DNA of 64,000 bases from Camelus ferus (Eukaryota), in assembly GCF_009834535.1 (NCBI RefSeq), contig NC_045697.1, positions 47,432,001 to 47,496,000 of the forward strand. Direction: 5' to 3'. A program made the translations under genes and the position numbers. The notes under the pieces were generated by a model, which did not search any database, was not told the origin of the DNA, and saw only the letters and a program-made list of their open reading frames with translations. Below, piece after piece: positions 1 to 13,450 of the stretch (positions within the stretch are counted from its first letter, which is position 1; each line of letters opens with the position of its first letter).

Positions 1-1011
1 GTGATTAACGAATCATTTACACTCCACTAATTTCTACTGTATAAAGACCATCACTACCCAAAGTGGTGCTTAATGAATATGGAAGAGCACATGAATGCTT
101 TTCTATCTTCAAAAACACTGTTAAATGATTTATCAGTTGTGAAGGGAGGAAATGCACATTTACTGTGCACTTGCTAAGGTGAATGGAAACGGACAGGATT
201 CTTTGTAAAGTAAAACGTCTGCCATGGTGAACACGGAGATGCGCTGTCAGCTCCTCCAGGTCTGCATCAGCTGCAGGGCCCCACGGCAAGCTCTCCCTGG
301 AGCAGCGGGCATCCAGCGACTGAGCGGGGAGGAGCAGAAAGGTCTGTCCACTGGGTCTGGAAGTAGGACAAGCCTGACGGATGGGCTCTCTCCAGAGCTC
401 CCTGAAGAGTTGGTTGCGGCTTTATTGGCTGCATTGCAGGCTGACTTCTCCCTCTGCCCAGTCCTGCCTCCTCTCCTTCCCTTTAAGAGATGTTGATCCC
501 TAACGAGTATCTCATACCCCAAACTCCACCTCAGCTCTTGCTCCTGGAGAACCATCCTGTAACATCTAACATCTGCACTTGAGCCTTTGAAAATGCTGAG
601 AAAACAGGAATTTAGAGCACAGATTTAAACACAGGAGAAGGAAGAAATTAAAATTTACCAAGATAAGGGCTTTAAAAATGTCGACATATTTAATCCTCAT
701 CCTGATTGGAAGCAACTGTTATCCTCATGTTATAGATAAGAAAACAGTTGGCTTTCCAGCTATTTTTGTTCAGTTGTACAGGTAGTGAACCAGGGACTTG
801 AAACTATCAGTCTGATTTCAAAGTCCTTGTTTTTTCCTATTCACTTCACTATCTGAGCTGCCTATATTTCGTTGCTTGCTAAGGAGGAAATCACTAATCA
901 TGCAGATTTTGAGGCCCAGAAAACATGAAGAGCAGAGTTCACTTAGCCATATCCTTAAGGGTCACTGCGCTGGGCTGGGAAGGAAAAATCTGCACGGAGC
1001 ACTTCCCTCAC

Positions 1012-1172
1012 CTGAGATGCCTCTCAGGTCACGGGAGGTGACGAGATTGGAGCAGACGTGCTGGTGTCTGTAGATGGACTCAGATAACAGAAAATGCAAG
1101 TTGTGCAACGGCATGGTGGAGATAAGGGGCAGCATTCCGTCCTGGTGTGGGATCTGCACTGAAATGTGGATT
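1012..1172 (-). CDS. FRAS1: FRAS1 window exon 27/27 (161 nt)
   Basis: ttag|A...TCAG|gtgagg; IHISVQIPHQDGMLPLISTMPLHNLHFLLSESIYRHQHVCSNLVTSRDLRGIS; phase 2 to 1. Confidence 0.96.
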
Positions 1173-2519
1173 CTAAGGGAAAGAAGGGCAGAGAAACGTG
1201 TTTAGGTGCACGCTCTAAGCAGTTAATATGGTACACTTCCGTCTCATAACTCACTTTGTCTTCACCAATGAATTCACCAATTTTTTTTTTTCTGAAGCTT
1301 TCCATGTAGGATTTCTCTCTGAACATGAGGGTATGATACACATCTAAAGTTTTTCCCTTCCCCACTGCCCGGGAGATCCTCCAGACTCAGGACTGATAGC
1401 GATCAAGAATCACAGATATTTGTGTGTAGGAGAAGAGATAACATCACAACCACTAAGTACTTTGTAGCTGTCTTTTGCTATAAAATGAAGCTTTGTTTCC
1501 TCCTGAGCTAAAGCTGAGTGAGTGATTCAGGTACGACTGCCCTTCTCTGTCACAATGAGTGTCTGTGGAGGTGGGGTAGAGTCGACACATATTTTTTAAA
1601 AGTATTTCTGCCAAAAAGACATCATTGAGCTCTCAAACTCTAGGGTCAGTATCCCTACCCAGGAAAATAGCTTAGAAATAGAAATAATAGAAACAATCCC
1701 ACTACTCATATGGTCTCCCTCCAGCTGAAAGGGACTCCTCCAACCCTCTCTCTACAAGTTTCAGCAACGCCGCCAGCCCTCACGGCCTCAATCTGCAGCA
1801 AACGCCTCCTTGATCTACATTGTTCAGCATTTAGGTGCCTTCATACCAGGAAGCCTGTAACTTACTTATATTGGCCGCTATTCCCTGTGTGCTCTCAGAC
1901 TCTGTCTCGCCTCCCCACCATGAAGGCAAAGGACCATTACTCGCTTCCACTGCTTTTGTCTCTCCAGAGCCTGCGGTACACAATTCTAAATAAAATATGA
2001 CCTTAATAAATATTGGCTAAGACAACAGAACAGGACTTAGGGGGCTGCATTTTGTTGTTGTGGTTGTACAAGCTTAAATTTTCAGCATGTTTATTGAGGG
2101 TGCATTTTTACAGTTTGTCTCTCAGCACAAAGACCCATGTTTTAAAGAGGAATCAGAACCTTGGAATATAAGCAGGCTGGCTCTTTTGCTAGGAGGGGGT
2201 CAGTAGTAACCCTGGGCACTTCTTGTTATTACTTTTTAACAAAAATAAATTTCATTCTGTTAGAAGAAAAGGATTTGCATATTCTTGGCTCCATGTTCAA
2301 ATCTGTTTTTTTCATGCAAATGAACCCCCTTCTCTGACCTCAGGTGCTCATGTAGAGGCACACACATAAACACTGTGAGGTTTAATGAATATGTATAGCA
2401 TACACGAATTTTTTTTTGCTATGCAAAAATGAATGTATCCATCCTTCCATCAAAATCATGACAGCACAGGAGGAAAATAAAAGCACATTTGTCCAGTGAC
2501 TTACAATTTACACAGTATT

Positions 2520-3000
2520 ATAACTCATTTGTTCCCTAGATATTTAGTGAGTGCCTTTTAGGTGGTTCTTAAGAAGCACTGCTCTAGGCAGAGGGGACAT
2601 GAAATAAATAATCATGGTCCCTGTCATCATCTCCTATGGGGACAGAGAGAGAACGAATAATGATAATGCTCTGAGAGAGGCAGACATGGGTTGCCAGAAA
2701 AGCTGGAAGGAAGGGCTCCCAAACTAAATTGGGGGAGATGATGGAAAAGTTCCTAGAAGAGATGCCATGAGCTAGGTATAGTGGGACAACTGGATTTAAC
2801 TACACCGAATGGAAGAGGGCGGGGAGAGTTGGAGTCAGGAGTAGCCACAGGGCAGAGACATGCTACCTAAGAGAGTTTAAAGCCTTGGGGAAGTTACATG
2901 TGATTCTCTGTGGGTGGACTGGCAGGTGAAACAAAGGGAGTGAGGCTGGGAAGATACAGCAAGGGGCAGATCTTAGGGGGCCTTCAAAGAATGTTTCTGA
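2520..3000 (-). mobile_element. L2 LINE 3' fragment (approximate bounds)
   Basis: Reverse-oriented L2 3' signature (atatttagtgagtgcc...gctctaggc...atggtccctgtc) followed by a purine-rich L2 body. Confidence 0.55.
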
Positions 3001-3127
3001 AGTCCTCATCACCACTATTCTTACTTGCAGAAGCATCACTCACTGATCTGTCCCAACAGGAACACACACAAAGGCTAGTGGGAGAATCTCTCTGCCCCCT
3101 CCTCCTGGAGGGCCCCACCTGCCTGAC

Positions 3128-3360
3128 CTGTTGGGATGCTCCTTGTGTTTGACGTCCAGGTATTTCAAGGTCGCGATGAAGGACTGAGCCTGGAAGCCTC
3201 GGGCTGTCCCAGCCACCACTGGGGTGTGGCAGATAGCACTGTCTGTTCCAATGGTAACGATGTTGCTCCTCAAGGGGGTCCCCACGTGGCCCACCTTGTC
3301 CACAGCCTTGGCCACACAACGCACATGGAACCTCCGGCTGAAGTAAATGCTGTCCAGGAC
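3128..3360 (-). CDS. FRAS1: FRAS1 window exon 26/27 (233 nt)
   Basis: gcag|GTC...ACAG|gtcagg; VLDSIYFSRRFHVRCVAKAVDKVGHVGTPLRSNIVTIG...KHKEHPN(R); phase 0 to 2. Confidence 0.97.
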
Positions 3361-3476
3361 CTGCCAGGAAGAACAGAGCACCTCAGACACATGTCTGACA
3401 CTTCAACAGCTCCTTGCACTGCATCTTCTGGATGGCCTGACACAGCCAATATCTGGTACCAGGTAATCTATGAAAA

Positions 3477-3535
3477 CCATCCACCATCCATCTATCCATT
3501 TACCTATCTATCCATTGATCTATCCATCTGACCAT
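3477..3535. repeat. Degenerate (TCCA/TCTA)n simple repeat, probably an expanded L2 tail
   Basis: ccatccaccatccatctatccatttacctatctatccattgatctatccatctgacc. Confidence 0.65.
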
Positions 3536-5324
3536 TTGTTTACCACTGAAGTATGGACCTTTTCCCAGGAGTCAGGCACTAGAGACAGGGCAGTGGGTAC
3601 TTACAGCCTCAAGTGGTAAGTCAGACAATGAACAAGTAGACAGATGTGGAGCGTGAACCCAGAGACGACTGGTTCCCAGTGACGGTGCTGTTCTCTTCAC
3701 ATATTAGGTTCAGCATAAGAACCACCCAAATGGTTTTCAGCCCTTCCAGCAAGACTGGTTAGCCTCCAAATCACTTCTGCTGAGGGTATGGTATCAGGAT
3801 ACAGAGGAAAGATCCTTCTTTTCCAGGAGTTCTTAGTTTTCCTTCCTTCCTCAGTCCTCTCCTAATTACCACACACATTGCAAGAGTTATAATAACAAGC
3901 AGACGTGAAGTTGAGAACTTGGCCTCTGACGCCTGCTGGCCTTTGAAAGTCTTTCTACAGATTCTTTCATGCCCCTAGATTCACAGAATCCGTAAGGGTG
4001 CTTAACTCAGTCTATGCAGAGACAACGTAGGTCACCCAAACTCTTTAGGTTTTGTGTGCATATATATAGGGAAGTACATAACAAGAAAAATTAATTAGAT
4101 GTTCCATGTGCCACAGACCTCCCACAAAGCAACCATACAAACTTACAAATTCTACTCATGGAAACAATTTTCACTGAAGTCCATTAAAAATTCAAGATGA
4201 TTTTTCCATTAAAATTTTTTAATTAGCTGCCAACACTTTATTTATTTATTTATGCATCGACTTAGTTCAGAAGGGATTTGAGGCATCTTACAAAAATGCC
4301 TCCAATGGTATTAAACAAATAATTGAAGAAATAAAGAAGGAGCAAAGGAAAGTGGGGTAAAAGTATTAGTCACCAATTCACTGCAAGAAGGAAAATGGAA
4401 ACATAGAGTAAAATCATAAACTTGGTACCTGTTAAAAATATATATTTAGCTCAAATCAGACCAAACCCCCTACATGGTTTTGTTGAACAGAGAATTAGAT
4501 GTTATGAAACAATAAGCTCTTAGGTCGTCATTTAAATTTTTTAATAATAAAGAAGATAATTTAAATTTGAACTAGGTTACGTTGCAGAAGAATTAATCTT
4601 CTAGCTGTTCTGAATAAGCTCTGCCGAAAACAATGGACACGAGTGACCCGCTTTATCCAAAGCCTCACACGTACCTCTAACAGCGTTCCTCACTCTGAGC
4701 CCAGCCATGTGAAGTCCTTCTAAAGTAAGAACAAACTATGGCTTGAATGGGGAAAATCTAAAGAAATTCTGTCTGAAAGAAATCTCTGATTTCCAAAGTT
4801 ATCAAGTGCACTCATTGCAGTCAGAACTTGCTGAGTGCTTACCACACGCCAGATACTGCGCTGAGCCTGACTCTCCACTGCTTCCAGCTCTTTCTCCGGA
4901 GAGAAGGAACTTCATTGGTGTGAGGAACGGAGTCAGTGTCATGGACTGTGTCCTGAGGTTGGGAAACCACCACTGTCACTGCTCTCTGATGGTACCTGAG
5001 GGGTGGGTCTGGCCTCCTTACTCTCTGAGGACAGCAGCTGCATTCTGAACCCCTTTTCACATCCTCCCACAGGGCACTGTACAATGCAGATCACTCGTAA
5101 GCATGCTCTCCTTTTGTTTCATAACTGGTCCCTACGGTGTACCATCAGTGCGATGGCCACTTTGGGATGGATCTCTACATGTGTCCAGGTCCTTAAGGAA
5201 TTTATATCCTCCTACTTACTGAATGATTAAAGAGGTCAGAAAAGAAAAGGAATCATTCATTGTACCTACCTGGAATCTCTGACTTCCTGTGTCATTTATA
5301 GATCACTTTTGTATTTGATTTGTC

Positions 5325-5480
5325 AATGACCTTGTGAAGTGGATTGAGTGGAAGAGGTATTACCTTGCAGATCACGAAACTGAGACTCAGAGAGGTTAAG
5401 TAACCTCTTACCATCACATAGTTAAAAACAGGCAGAATCAAGGTTTGTAAACAGGTGTCTGAGTACTTGTTTAGTTCTTT
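5325..5480 (-). mobile_element. MIR SINE
   Basis: Core aaactgagactcagagaggttaagtaac matches the reverse complement of MIR. Confidence 0.75.
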
Positions 5481-5651
5481 CTACTACAACATACTATCTT
5501 TTCCTATATGTTAGAATAACAAGACTGTGTGTGTCCTCCAGGTACCTGCTTATTTGTTTATTTTATACCAAATGCCACACAGGGACCTTAAGGACTTGGA
5601 TAGAGAAACGCCAGGACTCTCCCTTCTCAACCAGGCCCAGACCAGACCTAC

Positions 5652-5927
5652 CATGTGGTTGACACTGGTGAATGGTGTGTTGTCGGTGATGGTCTCAAAG
5701 GGAGACCGGGCCCCGTTGCCATCAGTGGGGGCGGCCACCTCCCAGCTGAACTGCATGGACGTCTGGTTGATGCCGGCCTCGCTGCAACGCTCCTTCATGA
5801 CGGTGTACTTGGGAAAACGGGGGTCACAGGGCGTGACACAGACCAGCGGGTAGCCTGGGGAGGGGGATTTTTTGACTCCTTCCTTGGTAACCTCTTCCAC
5901 GTGGTCATAGTCAGCAAGTGTGACAAC
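5652..5927 (-). CDS. FRAS1: FRAS1 window exon 25/27 (276 nt), C-terminal unique ectodomain
   Basis: gcag|GTT...ATG|gtaggt; VVTLADYDHVEEVTKEGVKKSPSPGYPLVCVTPCDP...TDNTPFTSVNHM; phase 0 to 0. Confidence 0.97.
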
Positions 5928-6703
5928 CTGCAAAGGAGCAACAAAGCTTCAGCCCTCGGTGGGTATCGGGAAGGTCAGAGAATGAAGATTCTCTTCCCTG
6001 GAGATCCATGAGATCACTCAGCTCCTGGGGATTCTCTAAAATATAGCAGAGGTTTGCACCATGCTTGGCCACGCATCCCTAAAAGATACTGCAGATCTTT
6101 GCTGGTGGAGAAGATCCTCCTCCCTGCTGAGCTAAAAGCTTTATTATCGTACTGGTCTCATTCCTAAGTCAGAGCCCCATGCCTCATGTGAAGAATACTT
6201 TTTTCCCCTCGCACCCTGTAATCCAAACGATACCATGAACAGCAGTTACTAGTTTAAAGTTGCAGTAAATTGTTAATGGTATGCAGTAGCACATTTGGCA
6301 AAATAAGAGTAAATACAGATAGTATATTTCTTCCATGGTCAAAGAAGAGACATATTTTGAAATGATCCTTCTAGTATATGAGACAAGTCAGGGGAGGTTG
6401 TAAGACTTATTTGGGCTGCTTCATTATTATGGGATAAACTTCCCTTGGCAACCTCCAGGCACTTTCGTCCTAACTGTAAGGTCAGTGCATTCATTCTGTT
6501 CATCCTACACTGGGAAACTTGGAAGTACATTTCTGCAGATACTTAATTCTACACACGTGGTGAGTATGTAGAATAACAGATATAGGGTAATATTACTTTG
6601 AACTCTTCTCGGTCCCACCAAATGAGAAGGTCAGTTGCATTGTACTTCCTGTCTTTATCAGACTAAGGTATCAACACGGTTTGGTCTCACTCTTATGTCA
6701 AAA

Positions 6704-6944
6704 TAAGGTTTCTCATCCTGGGCACTATTGATGTTTGTGCCAAATAATTCTTTGCCGTTGGACCTGTCCTGCACATTGTAGGGTGTTTAGCACCACCCCT
6801 GGCTTCTACTCACTAGATGCTAATAGCACCTAGTGTGTCAGTCATGACAGCCACAAATGTCACCAGATATTGCCAAATGGAGGTGATGGGACTGAGGCTT
6901 TGGGGGAGGGGACAAGAGGGCTCACTCTTGGTTGAAAACCACTG
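6704..6944 (-). mobile_element. MER20 (hAT-Charlie MITE)
   Basis: Ends aggtttctca...ttgaaaaccactg; internal ggcactattga, cctgcacattgtagggtgtttagca, cactagatgc; degenerate 8-bp TSD tgtcaaaa/tgttagaa. Confidence 0.85.
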
Positions 6945-7049
6945 TGTTAGAAAAATGAAGATGTACAGCACCGAAAGTCCTGCTTCTCTCAACTTCTCAT
7001 CTAATGACAAAGACATAAAAGCAGCAATCCTTTGGGTCAAGCAACTCAC

Positions 7050-7237
7050 GATGGGTGGTGCTGGCAGTATGAGACTCCCTGATGCCTCCTGGTCTAGAAT
7101 CGTCACTGTGGCCGTGGTCACATCGCCAAGAACGGCTTCCACTGGGTCATCTGGGCCAAGGACGAGGGAGAAAGATTCATGCCATTCCCGGTCTTCGTTG
7201 GACAGGATCTCGACTTTAAAAAAGATATGATCCACAC
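7050..7237 (-). CDS. FRAS1: FRAS1 window exon 24/27 (188 nt), Calx-beta 5
   Basis: aaag|GT...ATC|gtgagt; VDHIFFKVEILSNEDREWHESFSLVLGPDDPVEAVLGDVTTATVTILDQEASGSLILPAPPI; phase 1 to 0. Confidence 0.96.
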
Positions 7238-8781
7238 CTTTGCCAAGGACAGAGAGGATGAAGAGAGCAAAGGACCTCATTAGTGACCCCCTTAAGCCAG
7301 TGCAGGTTGGCCCTGCTGAGACTTCACGTTAAAATATGCCCTTTCCTGTCACAGGTTTTCTGTAAATGCAGGGATTGCTAATCACTTTAGCCCCATCTCC
7401 AGTGAGGAATCTGCTTATTTATAGGCCAAATTCCACCTGTGGTGAAGGCTCAGTATTGCAGATTTACTATTCAACGCCATATGAGGATTAATGGCCCCTG
7501 CCTGACACTAGCTGGCAGTAATAAAAATCTATGATCCAAAATACACTCCACCCTGGTTATGAGATTTTTGCTTAATTCTTTCCCCTTTACACTTAGGCAT
7601 GAGCTCCTGTGTGGCCGTGAGTGCTTGGACACCAGACATCCTTCAGAGCTGCCCCTCTGAGAAGCAATAGCTCAAAGGCTACCTACCAGGCCGTCCGTCT
7701 TGCAAAGACAGTAATGTGAAGGTTTGGCGGCCTAGAATGGGGAGGGTTAGAGCTTAGAGATGGTCTTCCTTTTTGATAAAGTGATTCTCTGAAGGTGCAG
7801 ATATCCCTGGCAGCAGTGAAGGCCCCCACTGTCCTCTCCTATAGACATCTGGGCTAGGTTACCCCTAAGACCTGCCTTTCCCCCAGATCCTTATATAGAA
7901 AAGGAAAAAGTAAAGACACTTGGAAGAGATGTCCTTGTGAGGGTGTTGGGGGAGGGTGTCTACCTTCCCGGCAAACTAACCAGACACACATGGGCTGGAT
8001 CCAAAAGCCCTTTGACGCTCCAATGGGGTGACAGAGACATACAGAGACCACCCCCGCCATTTCCAAGGGAGGCCTTTTCTCCCTCCACTTGCCAAGACAT
8101 CTCTGAAAAGGCTATCTATCCTTCCTGCCCACTTCTGGCTACATCACAGCTGGTGCTAGGATCAACATCGGCCCCTTCACCTTAGACTGTTCCAGAAAGT
8201 TCCATGAAAAAGCCTAGCATACAGTTCAACTCTTCTTTGTCTCATTCCTCCCATCAGATAAATATATCAGACAGTTCAACAGCTACTTGTGACCTGAATC
8301 CTGTCTTTCTTCCCTGACTCGTCTCCACAGCATCTCCTAGCAGATGTTAAAACCACCTGAGCACAGAGACTGTGTCTTCTGGGTTTAGTAATCCCGAAGA
8401 GCCCAGCACAGTGGTGTGTACCAATGTTTGTTAAATGATGTGTCATGTATGCTTTGTATAAAAATCAATTGCTCCTATCACTCAGCTAAATCGCAGGCTA
8501 ACAACAACAACAACAAAGTCCTTTTAAAGGAGCCAAAATGCTTAGGATGTTCTGAAGTAAAGTACTTCTTTTTCCTCCCCCCTCCCCCCTTTTCCATGCC
8601 ATTTTTACTAACAAACAATTTTAAAGACTCCTGCAATCTCAAATGTGTGCTTAATAAGTACTTCATGCTATTGGAACTATTGTTTTTATCTTTCATTTTT
8701 CTGCTTATTCCTCTTTTCAAATACAAGATTTTTGCCTCTCGACAAAGTAAAACTGACACCTTGGGATTGGCATTCAATTAC

Positions 8782-8982
8782 CGGGACTGAACTTCAAGAC
8801 TCGGCTTTTCGGGTGATAATCCACACCAGACTGGGCAGACCCGTCCCGCGTGCTACAGCGAACCTTGGATGTCCTGTTCTGATCCCCTCTGCGGATCACC
8901 ATGATGTTCAGAACGGCCATGGCATCTGGCCCCGAGGGTTCCCGTACTTGGTATGCTGCTTCTTCAAACTCAATGGTGGGGG
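8782..8982 (-). CDS. FRAS1: FRAS1 window exon 23/27 (201 nt; not in the ORF track), Calx-beta 5
   Basis: gtag|CC...CCCG|gtaatt; PTIEFEEAAYQVREPSGPDAMAVLNIMVIRRGDQNRTSKVRCSTRDGSAQSGVDYHPKSRVLKFSP(G); phase 1 to 1. Confidence 0.96.
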
Positions 8983-10169
8983 CTACGGAAACAAGGTTAG
9001 GAAAACAAGAGCAAGTTGGAAAAATAAAAAATTTCGTCTCTTGTGGAAAATACCTTATAATGGCAAGAGGGAATTTTTCATATTAGTTAACGATACAAAG
9101 GCACAATGGCTTGCAGGCTTGAAAATCAATCAGTATTTACCCCTAAGCAATACTTTGGAGAAAGGAATTTATTTATGATTCTGCAGGAGGTGTTTCTCAA
9201 ATATTTCCTATTAAAAACAATATAGTGGGAGAAATATTTTTAAGTGCTTTAAAATGCATGAAGTCCAAGTTTCCATCTAAGCATGACATCTCACAGCATG
9301 TTTTCAAATCTACACAATTTATCAAGGGACTGAGACATAGTAAGCCCTCACAAGTATCTATTGACTGATTGTATGAATCAACTCCTTTTCATTTATGAGA
9401 GTAGAAATTTCACGTGCACACTGCTGAAATTTACCAAACCGTCTTTCATCTCGGATGTTTTGGATCCTCGCTCCCCCAGTGCGCTCACCTCCCCCTTCCT
9501 CAGCTTGTCCTAACTTCTCACAGGTTATTGAGTTACAAACAAGTAGTTTCAGTGACTGACCACAAGAATTCAGGAACAGAAGATTTCCTAACACGATTAT
9601 GATTTGAGGTACTATTCTCATTCCTATGAAACGATTAATTGTTGATTTAAAAAAAAATTCAAAGTTTGCCTCCTTTTCTATTATAGTCTCATGGGGAAGG
9701 GTGAGGTGGTAGTGGTGGAGAGAATGAAAAAAAAAGATGGAAAAACTGGGAGCAATTACAAATCTTCTACCATTTAAAATATATGAGAGAATTTTTCAGA
9801 AATTTCTGCCATCTCTATGGTCATTTCCCACTTTCTCTCACAGAAAGTCGATTGTTCCCAAGTGTAGAAGGTAAGCCTCATTTGAGACGTCGTAGTTTCT
9901 AACACGTATGCTCTTTGAATTTAGGCGTGTCACTGTGGCAGTGTGAACTTGTTGCCTTTCTGAGCCTCAGTCACTGGGTCTGTGTGAACAGGAAAAGGGT
10001 CACTTCAGGATTTGAACCTCAGTCTCCTTGGGTAAAGGGCTGATTTCATGTCAAGGCTGGCTTTTAAATTTTTTTCTCCAATGTCCAAGTTAGTCCTGTT
10101 TTTATATTAGAAACCCCAACAGTCTTACTGACTCCTGCATAGCTTCTAGAATCTGGTAAAATAAGGTTC

Positions 10170-10370
10170 TACATGCAGTTCTGCTGCTTGTAGCTGAGTA
10201 ACTAGGAGTGTAAGTTATATGACTTTGCTGAGGTTCAATTTCTTCACATATAATATAGAGATAATAACAGTTACCTCAAAGGGTTCCTGTCAGGAGTAAA
10301 TGAAATAGTACAACATGCTTAGCATGAGTCTTGGTGCGCAGTAAATATTCAATAAAAACAGCAGTTACTA
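10170..10370 (+). mobile_element. MIR SINE
   Basis: atttcttcacatataatatagagataataacagttacctcaaaggg...cagtaaatattcaataaa. Confidence 0.7.
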
Positions 10371-10928
10371 CTTGTAGTGTCACTGTCCATTCACTAAAAA
10401 ATCCATTTTAATAAAACAATCATGTCCCTATTTGAAACAGATTCTGTTTCCTCTGGTGCCTGGGTCACTCTTTGCTAACATCTGATGAAAGAATTTAAGA
10501 TTTTTTAGGTTAGTAGGCTGAATCAATTAGAAGAAAACTGAGAAATTAGACTTTCCCAGGAAGGTGGCAGTGTTTTAAACTAATTTATTGGATTCAACTG
10601 ATTCTGATTGTATTTCCAAATCTGCTCCCGAATTGCAGTGATTTAAACAGTTTTTATTCTCTGTCTTAGCGTCTCTGCCCTAGCTTTTAACCACACTCAT
10701 TCCTTATCTCTTGGCGATGTGGTAGGAAACAATGTGAATAAAAATCCTGGCATTATGTAGAGGGTGGTCATTTGCTGCCAACATTTTATATAAATACTCT
10801 AAGATTGTTATCAGTAGACACTTTTATAGTACTTTCATTTTTTAAAACACCTATAATTACATTATTAGTAAAACATCAGTTCATGTCCCATCAACCTAAG
10901 AATAACTGAAGGCAGTTTCTTCCATTAC

Positions 10929-11085
10929 CATCTTCATCATTGGATATGGTGATGGTGGCCATGCTGTTCTTTCCAACTCTGGCTCCACTCCAGTGGTTCC
11001 CAAGAGGATGGCCGAGATAGACCCTGAACTGCTCCTCAGGCTCAAACATGGAGTCATCATGGATATAGACAGTACAGTTCTTCAT
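10929..11085 (-). CDS. FRAS1: FRAS1 window exon 22/27 (157 nt), Calx-beta 4
   Basis: ctag|ATG...GATG|gtaatg; MKNCTVYIHDDSMFEPEEQFRVYLGHPLGNHWSGARVGKNSMATITISNDED(A); phase 0 to 1. Confidence 0.96.
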
Positions 11086-12479
11086 CTAGAGCCAAGGGCA
11101 CAAGACAGATTAGAATTTACAGTGAGATACCAACAATTTGTTTTGCTTTCCCTAGGAAAGGATTTTTCTTCTTTGCAGTATCAAAGGGTCAACACAAATT
11201 CAAAAGGATCCAAACCATTTCATTTATAAATGAAATAGAATGTTTAAGTCTTAACTGTTCGTGCCTGAATGGACCTACCTGTATGTGGAGTCTTGTATTA
11301 AACGTTGTGAGCCATTTTGAATTATTGGTCATGAGTTATGAAAGACAAGAGCAATAAAACGACCCACTAAAAAGTGTCTGCAGAACATCTGTGTGCTTTC
11401 CCATATTTTGCCTGGGCCCACCTACACATCTGCACACATTACGACAGGTAGATTTCTGATGGTGGGGCTTAACGTAGGGGTTAGGCTTCCTGGAGAGCTA
11501 AATAATGTTCCTTCTCCTTTGTGAAAATTGAATAGTCTTCTAAGGAACTCAGAAAGGCTTCCTGTTAGGCTGAAGACACCTATTTAGAAGCTGCAGAACT
11601 CTCAAACGTGCTGCCAAATGGTGTCTCATCTGAAAACTGCTGAGAACTGAAGGTCTGTGAACACAGTCTAAATTCCTGTTTGATCAAAAGAAACCAAGTG
11701 TTTTCCAAACTGAATATTCTCTCCTGAGGACTCTCTTCTTGAGAAAACGTAAAATAAGGTCACAACATTTTAGATAACAGAGCAGCTTCGACAGCTGAGT
11801 CATGGGATACGAAGTGGGATTATTTTTAGTTGAACCATTTAAAATCCATTGTCCTACCATATTGTGAAGGGTATGTGGATGTAGAGGCTTCACTGTCATA
11901 CTTCCTAAGTCACGCTAAATGGAAGGAGAACATCTCTGCGAACACTTCCCTGTGGCTTGCTAGCCTGGTTTTAAATCCCTGAAGAATGTGCCCTTTTTTT
12001 TTCTTTTTTACCTACCATATTTTTCTTAAAATAAGAATTTCTTTATGGAAAACATGAATTTAGTAATGACTCTTCAGCATATCTTTTTTAAAAAGTCATT
12101 CTGGTGAATGACAAGTTCCAAAGACATATTGCTTAGCAAGCCAAAGAAGATGGAGACTCAGAAGTGTGCTTATGAATGACAGACTGTCATATGTGTGACA
12201 CATAGACTATTAAGCTGTACTTTCTTTACAGTTTTATTAAATTACAAACTGTCTCTTGGATAGACAGAGAATCTTCTTTTGAACGTAAAACAAATACAGA
12301 CATGCAGACTCAAAGGTGAAGGTTGTATTTATAGTATTTATGTGTGTTTTTTTAACACGTTTCAACCTGCCACCAGTAAAATTCCCATAAAATACATAAC
12401 TAAGACAGAGCTTTTATGAGTCATGAATGTGTAAAAGACTGAGAGCCCTAAAGAAGGAAGCTATCGCTTTTTTTGGTGG

Positions 12480-13450
12480 TAAAGATAAAATGGAGGAAGA
12501 ATCTGGGGTGACTTGGGATGGGCAAAGTCTCTTATGCTAAACTTCAAAAGAACTAATCATAAGGCAAAAATTTCATGTATTTGATTATATCAAAATCGAA
12601 GATTTCTATTCAACGAAGAACACCAAAGTCAAAGGTAATAGGTGACAGAAAAAGAAACTATGTTTACAGTATCTAAAATGTCTAAAACTGGAAAGGATTA
12701 ATATTACTATTTAGAATTAATATTTAGAATATACAAGAAAGTACTGCAAATCAGTAGGAAAAAGACAGCCATACAGTAAAATAAAAGGATAAAAATAATA
12801 CATTCCCGTAGAGGAAACTCAATGAGCTAACAAGCATGTAAAACAGTATTAATTAGAGGAATGCAAATTAAAATGAAATATAACCTTATACATTTCTGAT
12901 TAGTAAAAATCAAAAGATGAGCAATGCTAAGTGTTGAAGAAGGTATAAGGTTTTAGCAACCCTCATGTACTGTTTATGACTTTCTGGAAAGTATTCTAAT
13001 ACCATTTTTTCAAATTAAGCACATTCATTCCCTGTGGCCCAGCAATGTTGGCTGTGAGTGTGTATCCAAAGAAGTTCCCACTCAGGTGTGTAAGTGGACG
13101 TGTGTAAGGATTCACACGGCAGCTCCGTCAGTGGTGACAGTGTGTTAGGAGGTGACCGGGCGCCGTCACTGAGGTTCTTTACTATCTGTTGCTGAGAGTG
13201 AATGGGTGAAAGAGTAAATGCGCATCATGAAATACTTGGAAAGAGTTTGAAGCAACACATTCAATACATACATAAATGGCAGGCACAGATATTAAAACAT
13301 TGCTGAGCAAATGCTGTAAATGTTTAAAAAAAGATAGGACACAATAGCAGTTTTATAAATTAAAAATTATGTACATAATAAACCAGGCATTTTCTAAGAA
13401 CAAATACAAAAGAAGAGATACATATTAATACTCTGAGGTGGGGAAGGGAA
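12480..13450 (+). mobile_element. Old L1 (L1M-type) ORF2-end/3'UTR fragment
   Basis: A-rich; ggattaatatt...agaatatacaagaaa, aatgcaaattaaaatga, tggcccagcaat motifs typical of L1M 3' regions. Confidence 0.75.

Noticed and set aside
17..555. GC-rich stretch with several ORFs, a possible next FRAS1 exon
   Set aside because: No frame I checked resembles the expected next FRAS1 peptide (recalled as EAGFLDD...), so the next exon is probably outside the window.
8645..9178. 177-aa plus-strand ORF and other antisense ORFs over exons (3136, 5655, 6817, 24000, 25654)
   Set aside because: These are shadow ORFs on the opposite strand of GC-richer FRAS1 exons.
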